64,000 nt of DNA from the human T2T-CHM13v2.0 reference genome, Homo sapiens. The stretch lies in assembly GCF_009914755.1 (NCBI RefSeq), contig NC_060939.1. The stretch is one strand, 5' to 3'. The notes beneath the pieces are model-generated. The model was not told where the DNA came from, searched no databases, and worked only from the letters and a program-made list of their open reading frames with translations. Shown piece by piece: positions 54,721 to 64,000 of this stretch (the stretch's first letter is position 1; each line of letters opens with the position of its first letter). A program made the translations under genes and the position numbers.

Positions 54721-57700
54721 AGAAAATGGCTGAGACCTGCATGGCTGAGACCTGCATCTTTCAGGAACTTGGTGCAAGGTGAAAAGGATGCCTTTCACTT
54801 GCTTGAATACACAGGCCATCCTTGGAGATCACTTCTAAAAGGTCTCTAGACAGAAGATCCTGAACCCAGAAAGGCAGTCCTGGTGTAGCCCCAAATGAAA
54901 AAGATCACCTTGATCAAGAAATTCTCCTTTAAAGGTTTCAGAGCCACATTTTTGTGTGCGTGGTGGAGAACAGACCTATCCAGCTGCAGCAAAAACCATC
55001 ACCGTAGGCTCTGAAGTCCTGGGATTGGTTTCCTGAGTTCCTCTGTAGCCCACCGAGCAGTGACAAGCAGCAGGCTCCAAGGATGCCCTGACCTCATCAA
55101 GCTGTTGGCAAATACAGCTTTCCAAAGATGGAGGGTAGAACATTCCCAATTACCAGGCCAATGACCATTCTGAGGGTAGATAAAACTAAGCAAATGAATC
55201 ATCCAAGGGCAACCTTTAACTATAAGACCTGGGGGCTGGAATTCACTCTATCTCTAGCCCCCACTTCAACTTTCAAAGCACCAAATGGGGCAAGCCCAGG
55301 GTTTTTGCCCAGAAGACTTTTCCTTCAGAGACATTTCTCCATTCGTAATATTCAGTAAGCAGAGAAGGATGCAAGAGTTTTTCTCTAGAGTGGGGTAAAG
55401 TGAGGATAGTGCCTGTCTAGGAACCCTGGTCTGGGTTCTGAGGATCAACCATTTCACCAATTCCTGGGTCAGGCTGCATGAATCACTTTCAAGTCCTTGT
55501 ATTTTTTATTCTGTTTACTAAGAGATCTGAATCAACTAGATGATCCCAAAGCTACCTTCCAGTTCTCAGTTTTATGATTCTAAGTGAAAATAACCCAAAT
55601 CAAGGTGCCCCTCTGTGAATATGAATGAGGCAGTTGCCAACACACTGTCATTTGGGGGCTCTAAAAAAAGAAATACCCCAGCCTCTATTGGAGATCCCTG
55701 AGAATCTTGCCACCTAGTGATTCTTGGATCAAGCATTAAGGCTGCTAAAATGTACTCATTGTGTAATTTGGGAATGCTTGCCCATTAACTCATTATCGGC
55801 CATTTAGTCACCCATGTAAAGAAAGCTATACAATAAAGTCAGCCAAAGGTTATGTAATTTTTGTTGAGGCAGAACAGGTCTTAAATCTCTAGCCCAGGGA
55901 GATGACAGCAGCCAAAATCCATCTATACTGAAATGATTATGGAGCTCTAGACAAGATGAGACAAGAGACAAGCTGTTTAGTTAATGAGAATCCCAAATCT
56001 CTCCCGGTGAAACAGGAATCAGTGGTCTCCAGCTACCATGTCACACAGCCACACTCATTGTGATCTGCCACTGTTATTCACCCCTGCCTGATAGCTTTTG
56101 TCACCCCCAAAACGCCCCCCAAAATTCACCACCTCGACACACGCAGTCATTTATGAGTCTCAGAAGAGCTGAAAACAGTGTCTGAAAACCTCATGATCTC
56201 ACTCTGTCCCTGCTAATACCTAAAACAGTCCACTGTTCCATTTACACAGGCTTTTCTTCAGCAGATTTACAAGGTAACATCTGCTTCGGAAACAGATGTT
56301 TATGCCAGAATTCTCTTCTGCTCATTAATGCTTTTCCGGTTAACATCTAACTATCTCACTCATTAGTTCTTAATAATACTTTTTGTATCCGAGCCATGCC
56401 AAATACGCACTCTTTAGAGCTCTGCATTATTGTTGCTTCTGTTGCCGTTGAATTACGCTGCTGAATAAAGGAAAAGTAAAAATAAGCCCCTCTAAGAAGG
56501 CTGCTATGTGTCAGAGCTCTATCTTTGTGAACTGAACAAGCTGAAATCAATTAAAAGTGTGTGTTTAGAGAATGCATCTCAGCTGTCTAATTGCACCACC
56601 TCTGCTTTAGGGCCAAAGTTTGACTCCCTGCCAAATTGCCATCAAAATGGGCGTCCGTAAGCGCTGCTGTACTCCCTCCGCCACTGCCTGGGCCTGATGG
56701 AAGCACTTGTGTAACGAAGGAAGCCCAGTGCACCCCAGGGCTTGGCACACACACTCCCACTTCCCAGGGGCAATCCTCAGCTGTGGGGCTCCGGCAGAAG
56801 ATGCCATGAAACCTCTGGGATGAAGGTCCTGGGACTAGATAAATTATTCCACCCGACTTCCTCAGTCAGCCAGCCTTAATAGATTGACTACAGGAAGCAT
56901 TCGCATGATGCTCTTTATTTATCCACAAGCAACTTCACATAACAAGAATTAATTCAGGAAAGGTAGACTCGACATACCTTTGCTGAGTGCCTAGTAGTGC
57001 GTTGGGCTGCTAAGTATTTTATACCCATCCATTATTAGAAATGTAAGTACTGCTTGTGTGTATTCATAGGCAAGGGAAAAGATAAAGTAAGGTTCATTTT
57101 TTCCTGATTTGTTCCTACAAGGGTATATGTTAAAGTGGTCTTTTAAACTTGTTTCTACAATGGCATATGTTAAAAATGGTCTTTAAACACTTTGAAACAC
57201 TTGATGGTGGCCCCCAAGACTAGCTTTTATGTTTCCAGAAGCCAACACCGTAGTCAAACAATTGAACAAACCAAGATATAAATAAAGCTAAAGTTGGTCT
57301 ATGCAATAATGGAAAAGCCAGTCCTCTAGGGAACTTGGGCCAACACAATGTATTGTTTGGGATCAGGAGAAAGGATGCTTAATAAATCATCAACAATAGT
57401 TTCCATGGTTACAATAAAATGTATAGTCACCTATATTGTTTAGTTTTATAACCATTCTTACAGGGAAGAAATAACGAAGGGTGCTGGTGATAAGCAAATA
57501 TGAAACTCACTTAAAGGCTGGCAGCATGTTCAAAAAAATATGAAATAAAACTGAAACTAAGTCTAATCAAGTAAACTTCTAGTTTTTAGGTCTCTCGGTA
57601 ACCAACATTTCTTGGTCCCAATGAACGACATTGCAGCTCCATAATCTGCTCTGTTCTTTTTATAGTAGGTTCTTCCCTTTCTGCCTAAGTGGCTGCTTTT

Positions 57701-59939
57701 CAGCAAAATTACTTGGCAAACACCGCTTTATCAAGTATAAATCAGATATGCTACTCTGGAATCTAAACCCACAAAGAATATGCCCCATAACACTACATGA
57801 AAATGAAAAGGAGAAACACTGCATTCTTGCTGCCAAAAGAAATGTAAAAATATGAATGAAAATGATTGCTGGGTGTGCCTTCCATGAGATTCCATTTAAA
57901 CAACATTCCCCATTTACTTACATCTCTACAATCTGATGGGCTTACATATTGCAAAATGAAATAAAAGCACATTTTATGAGGAAATTAAAATGTTATGAAC
58001 TGCCCTGGATGGTGTTGGCATTATACACAGAATGGTGAGTCCTAACCACAGTCAAAACCTTGTTCCCCTCCAGTCAACAGATATCATCTGAGGCTTTGAG
58101 GCAAGTGCTAAGGGAATTCAAGCTGGAGATTTAGGGGCTCTCCACAGTGCCTCTCTCCAGATAAACTCCAGGGGATTCCAGGGTGACAGAGTAGGTGAAT
58201 GCTGAAGTAGGTATAAATAAAGTATGACATCGCACCTCCCAGCCCTCTTGTTTAAACACTCCCCACTTCCAGATCTACTCTGCTGCTTCTTCCTGTATCT
58301 GCTGTCAATACTGCTGCCTCGTTCTCCCGGACTTCTGAAGTGTTTCCTTAGATCCTCTAGTTAGACTGATGGCTAATACCTATCTCATGTGACTGCAGTC
58401 ACAGTATTTACTCATTTATTCCACAAAGAGATAAGGAAACAAAAAAAGGTAATATTCTTCCATCTTTAAGAGTTTTCTTAAATCCCAACTAGAAAGATAA
58501 ACTTCCTTTCCTATTACTGTGCTCCTACCAATATGAACGCATTAGGTGCCACAAGAGACCATGCTAGACCCAAAGTTTCCCTAAGACAGAGCTCAAGGGC
58601 TTGCACTAAGCAGGTGTCAGGTGTGGGTCTGCCAAGGGCACCAGCCAAACAAATGATATAGGCATGAGGCCACATGGTGGACTATCTGGGCATTATCCCA
58701 GATCCTATGCCTGGAGATACAGACCAAAAATGCTGTGGCTACAGAGCTGGTGACTTTCTCATCCCTGTACTCAGAAGTTACTTCGGTCACAGGGGACATG
58801 CAGAAAACCATGCAGGAGAGTAATCTATACCCCGATATGGTAGTAACTAAAGATGATGGGTCAACAATAAGTAAGCACGCTCATCTGGACTTTTATAGAA
58901 CTGCTCTTTGCTTGAGGAAAGCACCTTTCACATCAACCCTTTGGAAGTGGTGGTGTGGCAAAGCTGTTCTCATGACCCATAACTCGATGGCCACCTCTGA
59001 AGCTAATCAACTGAGAAGGTGAAAAAGGAGCAGGCACATTTTCTCTTGTTCCACAAGGTCTACAAGTAGTTGTTACCCACTGACAGAGTTTCCAGAACTC
59101 CATGAAACGGGGTTTGGGCAGGCACATACTGAATGAAAAGGAAACAATGTCTGCCATGTCAATGACCTAAAGAAGACAGAGATGACCTCAGGTGAGGATT
59201 ACAAACTTCTCTGCTTCCGTCGCCAAGTCCTTCAAGGCACGTGATGGCCAGAGATATTTTCCAAGGTTCAACATGGCCTAGGGCTTTGTCTCAGTTGTAG
59301 GACTTAGGCACAGGAGAGAGCCTCATGCTGGTGAACCTGGCAGGTCAAGATGTTGATATTCATTAGAAAGACTTAGCCTTTTCTCCTAAGCATAGAGCAT
59401 CAGGAGGTATCCATTCCTGGGGTAACTACTCCTTTATGTGAGTGAACAAAAATAATGAGATTTCCATAGATTCCAAGGAGATATCAGAATAGTCAGAAGT
59501 CTTGCCCCCAGAAAGACCTATAGATTTAAGAGTCAGAGATTCACCTTCCAGTTTTAGGAAGGAAGATCTAGGCCATTAAATTGACCTTGGAATGGTATTT
59601 TTCCTTACCCATTCTAAGTAATCAAATATGACCGTATGATCTAATCAAGCAGATCCAGGTAGTAGGTATCTCAGCTGTTGCTGTCTGGTGTGTTTTAAGA
59701 GACACCAGTACAGAGCTCAGCCCTGCTCCAGCCGTAGGCGATGCCCATCCAATGAATATAGAACACACCATGGGAAAGAGTTTCATCAGCATTGGTCCCA
59801 CTTCTCTCAAACAAGATGTGGTAAGGTCCAAAAAATGCACCCAGCATGTCTTATGCTCATTGTTCTGTGGGGAAGACAAAATTGAGAAGGAATTAGTTAT
59901 TTCCAGCACAGATAGGAAAGATCAGGAAGGAAATAGAAA

Positions 59940-60240
59940 ACATTATTTGAGCCACTACTGGGTATCCAGGGCTGAGCCAGATGCTGGAGATACAATCACA
60001 AAGAAGACCCAGTTACTGCCCTTCAGGGGCTTGGTGCACCCAGCAGACAACTACTTGCAGCAAACCTTAGGTAGAAGAACAACAGATACATGGGCATATG
60101 CCTCAGCAATGAGAAAGAGGCGTTCCTCTGCCTGAGGAAGAATTCAGAAAAGATGCTACTGGAGCGGGTTTCACCAGGCAGAGAAAAGGGGAAGAGGATT
60201 CCAGGAAAAAAGCACTGCATCTTCTTGAGAGCCCATAGTC
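59940..60240 (-). mobile_element. L2 fragment
   Basis: tatttgagccactactgggtatccagggctgagccagatgctggagatacaa...ctgcccttcaggggctt. Confidence 0.6.
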
Positions 60241-60884
60241 TTTCTGCATCAACCTGGTTTCTTCAGTGTTCAGGACAGTGCCTGGAATATCATGGGGACT
60301 CAATAAAGGTTACTGGATGAATCAGAGAATTCAGGGCATGGATGAACAGAATGTCCTTTGGGTGTAAAGGTGTAAAGCTGTAATCAGGGAAGGCCCTGGT
60401 CAGTCCTTGGTTTTGAAAGATTTTTTTGGTGTTCTGGAGGCTGAGCTGGCTTGCCCAGGGATAAGCTAGAATGCTCAGGTGGGCGGCTGCTGCAATGCTC
60501 TGAAGGGTATATGCCGAGATGATCATAGGGGGTAGTTTTTAGAAGTATTTTAGATACTTACAGTAGGAATTTATTTACCAAAAATATATTTTTTAAAATA
60601 CCTATCTTTTAAAAAAGACAATGCCTTTTAAAAGGCTTATTTCCTGGAAAGAAAGAGCTTTTAATAATATGTACTAATAATTGTAAAGGAAGTTACATAC
60701 AAAACCAATAAAGAAAAGACTGCATTCAACTAAACAAGGTTAATGCCTACCCATCTGAGGAATCTTGGCTACTTTGTAAATATCAACTCAGTCTGCGGGC
60801 TGGGCCCTGGTGACAAATGCTTTCTCCAATCTTATGGAGAATGAGGTTGTGCAAGGACACAAAATCTAAAAGTATATAAACTAG

Positions 60885-61110
60885 AGGTTTTGAGCACTTT
60901 TTAAAAAGCAGCAGAACCCTTTGCTTAAGCAAAATCTTATGCAGAATCCTATAGGCAAATCAGATTACAAATAAGGATGCTTGTTCGAGGTGGAGTGCTG
61001 GGGACTGGAGGACCCCAAGGTCCATGATTTTCCATCACCTCCTGGCCTTTTGAGGCAGCCCATACAGGCCCTGAACAAACACCCAGGGGCCCCTTGGGAC
61101 ACAAACTACT
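60885..61110 (+). mobile_element. Old hAT-Charlie MER (MER112-like)
   Basis: aagcagcagaaccctttgcttaagcaaaatcttatgcagaatcc resembles that family; subfamily uncertain. Confidence 0.45.
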
Positions 61111-61819
61111 TTCTAAAAGTCAGGACAACTTCCAAACTGGCCCATCTTTTCTACTAAAGGCCTGGTCCTCAGAATGATGAGATGGCCCCTGAAGGATCTG
61201 GACTGCTACTTCCTGCTGCTTATTTGATCATTGATAGGGGGTTTGGAATTATGAATCACAAGCCAAAGGGCAGAGTCCAAAAGCTTGTCTGCAAGTGGAA
61301 GAAGTGAGAGGAGCAGGAGATTGGCTCTTCTTGGTGAATCCCAGAGCTGAGGCTTTGCAGATGAGGAAGGCAAGACCCCATGCGGACAGCACCTTACCAG
61401 GCCCACACCCACATTGGGGGAGTGTGAGGCAGAGCCAGGTGTGAAGGCTCCTGAAGTTTCTTCTAGGTGGCTTTGGGGAATGGCTGTGTACACTACTGTC
61501 CCTTATAGAGCTGCAGCCTTCTCGGAATCGGGTACATGCTTTATCCAGTGTGCTCTGGTATAAGTTCACAAGCAGTGCAGCATGGGGCAAATCCAATGAC
61601 ATTTTGTTCCTTCCCAGAGACTGATAAGCTCATTTAGTAGCGACAATTCACAGTCCAAAAGAAAATGCTGAATCTCACTTACAGACATAGTAAAATTCAG
61701 GCAAAGACAGCCAGATAGCACTGGAAGCTATTTTAGACATGCATACATATTTTAATACCATAAATCTTTATTTTTCTTAACAAAATAGTCCACAAGATTA
61801 TCTGTTACAACCAAGTCCC

Positions 61820-61990
61820 CATGAGAGAGGTTATAATCCCCATTTCAGAGATGGGGAAACTGACTTGTCCAAGCTTCCAGGGATGAGACAAGAGCTGGAT
61901 CTTCCTTGCACACAGCTGCCCGTGGAGCTCACACAAAGAGCTTCCACAGTCAGCAAAATGTAGGCTCCTAGTGCCTAGGGAAGGCAGCTC
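61820..61990 (-). mobile_element. MIR fragment
   Basis: tataatccccatttcagagatggggaaactgacttgtccaag. Confidence 0.6.
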
Positions 61991-62164
61991 AGAGTCATTA
62001 AAAACCGGTCCTGTCCCATCCCAAAAGGACATCTGGATAAATACACACTGGGGAGCCATTTTGTGAGTGTTCGTGATACATTTCCCATCGTGCCCTCAGA
62101 TCAGCTTCTCTCTGGTGCAGCGCTTTGGGAAACACTTCTCTGCTAGCCTGATATACAGATTTGA

Positions 62165-62440
62165 GTTATTTCAAATCGATAAATATTTACTGGGCATCGC
62201 CCATGTAGAAGGCACATGTGCATGGCAATGGATACAAAAAATAAAAAATAGTGAGTAACACAAGGTCTTGGCATCCAGAGGCTCTTACTCTACTAAGGGT
62301 GAACAACATGAAGAATTTTAAAACAAGGCAGAATGTGAGAAGTACTACAAAGAGGAAAAAGCAAACAAGAGGGGGAGTGTTTCCGATGGGGCAGACTGTG
62401 GAAGAGCTTGTGGAGGAAGCAGGATTTGAGCAGGGTCCAG
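62165..62440 (-). mobile_element. L2 fragment
   Basis: ataaatatttactgggcatcgcccatgtagaaggcac...gagcttgtggaggaagcaggatttgagcaggg. Confidence 0.6.
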
Positions 62441-62639
62441 AAAGTCGGGAAAGACTGACTCGCAAATAAACAGGAGTGAAAGGAGGGAGGAGCCTGTCTT
62501 GACTGGTCTGCTTTCCAGCACATTGGGCTGGTTAAATATCTAAATTGTAATAGGCTTTCTGCATGCAAAATAAATAAAAGGAATTGCTACATACCTGGAA
62601 TTTGCTGCAAACTTTCCCCAGGATTTACCAAGGTCCCAC

Positions 62640-62880
62640 ATTTTCTGGCCTTGCCTCTTTCTCTGACCTCAGTTCTGTCATCCCTCTCCTCCCTCCCTTC
62701 ACAGTAGCCACCCTGTTCTCCAAGGGGGCTCCAGGACTTTCTGCTTGTCATCTTCCCTCTGCCTGGAAGGTAAACTCCATCAGAGCAGGGACTTTTGTGT
62801 TACTTATAATTTTATCCTCAGTACCTGGCACAGAGTAGGAGTTCAATTAGTATCTTTGGAATAAATAAGTGGATAAAATA
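62640..62880 (+). mobile_element. L2 3' fragment
   Basis: tcttccctctgcctggaa..gtaaactccatcagagcagggactttt...tatcctcagtacctggcacagagtagg. Confidence 0.7.
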
Positions 62881-63269
62881 AAGTTCTCAAGTACAGTACA
62901 AAGGAGGTGACAAATGTAGAATTTCTTCTTGGATAATTTCTCTGGCTGTTTTTAATTTTTAAAATACATCTATCTGGGCTGTAAATCGTGACTTCACCTG
63001 CCCTAAACCACAAGGACTAACTAGTGTTAATTAAGTCTGATACACCATTACTCTTCATTCCCAATGTACCATTGCAGCTTTTGAATACAGGATCATTTCA
63101 GTCTGCACAAGAATGCTTGGCCTTTTAATTCCAACTTCACAGTTGAGAAAACTGATACTCAAGGCAAAGAATCTTCTCAGTAGTCAGAGTCAATAACTGC
63201 AGGAACTAAGACTGGAACCCAAGTTTTCTGCCTGGTATGTTGGGCCTAGAAGGGAACTGCTATTCCTAT

Positions 63270-63604
63270 CTCTCCATCTTTCCTTCCATCTTTCCTTCCT
63301 TCCTTCCTTCCTTAATCCTTCCTTCCTTCCCTCCTTCTCCCCCTCCTTCCTCCTTCCCTCCCTCCCTCCTTCCTTCTCTCCCTCCCTCCCTCCTTCTTTC
63401 CCTCCCTCCCTTCCTTCCTTTCCCTCCTTCCCTGCCTCCCTCCCTGTCTCCTTCCTTCCTTCTTCCCTCCCTCCTTCCTTCCCTCTCTCCCTTTTCTCCC
63501 TCCCCCCTTTTTTTCTCCCTCCCTTCTTCCCTCCTTCCCTTCCTCCCTCACTGTCTCCCTCCCTCTCTGTCTCCCTCCTTCCTTTCTTCATTCCTTCTTT
63601 TCTA
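63270..63604 (+). repeat. Pyrimidine tract (TTCC/TCCC)n derived from an Alu tail
   Basis: ~335 nt almost pure C/T directly abutting the antisense AluJ. Confidence 0.95.
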
Positions 63605-63890
63605 CTTTTTTAAGAAACAAGGTCTGGCTTTGTCACCCAGGCTGGAGTGCAGTGGCGTGATCACAGCTCACTACAGCCTCAAAATCCTGAGCTCAAGTGA
63701 CCTCCCACTCCTGCCTCCTGAGTAACTAAGCCTACAGGCACATGCCATCATGCCCAGCTAATATTTTGTATTTTTTGTAGAGACAGGAGTCTCACTATGT
63801 TGCCCAGGCTGGTCTCGAGCTCCTGGGTTCAAGCAGTCCTTCCGACTTGGCCTCCTCAAATGCTAGGGTTAAAGGTGTGCACACCCAGCC
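63605..63890 (-). mobile_element. AluJ
   Basis: gatcacagctcactacagcctc...ctcactatgttgcccaggctggtctcgagctcctgggttcaagc. Confidence 0.93.
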
Positions 63891-64000
63891 TGCTACTCCT
63901 ATTCTTAACATCAAGCTGTAAAGGGCTTCCATGTATCGACAAGGGAATGTGGTGTGATCTGAGGAAAATCTCACCCTACAAACAGGAAATATTAAGCAAG

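Noticed and set aside
63190-63725. 133- and 162-aa ORFs
   Set aside because: Low-complexity CT tract plus Alu sequence

Overview
Primate (most likely human) non-coding genomic DNA. I find no credible protein-coding gene, RNA gene, CpG island or promoter. All listed ORFs are short and chance-like, or come from Alus and low-complexity tracts. The window holds 14 Alu-family copies (J, S and Y types plus one monomer), many MIR and L2 fragments, several DNA-transposon relics (MER5, MER3/33, MER8, MER30, MER58A, MER94), one THE1-type MaLR LTR and no recognisable L1. It also has three large purine/pyrimidine tracts: (GAA)12(GAGGAA)6(GAA)24 at 25020-25163, a ~625-bp AGGGG/AAGGG pentamer tract at 36325-36952, and a ~335-bp CT tract grown from an Alu tail at 63270-63604. 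An apparent A>T skew on + and good minus-strand splice signals at 42-485 suggest a long intron of a minus-strand gene, which I cannot name. I do not see a clearly new biological system. The best unexplained signal is a non-Alu degenerate inverted repeat (arms ~53565-53683 and ~54605-54720, with nested collinear matches) that could fold into a ~1.2-kb RNA/DNA stem-loop. Repeat families were called by eye from remembered consensus sequences, and MIR/L2 boundaries are approximate.
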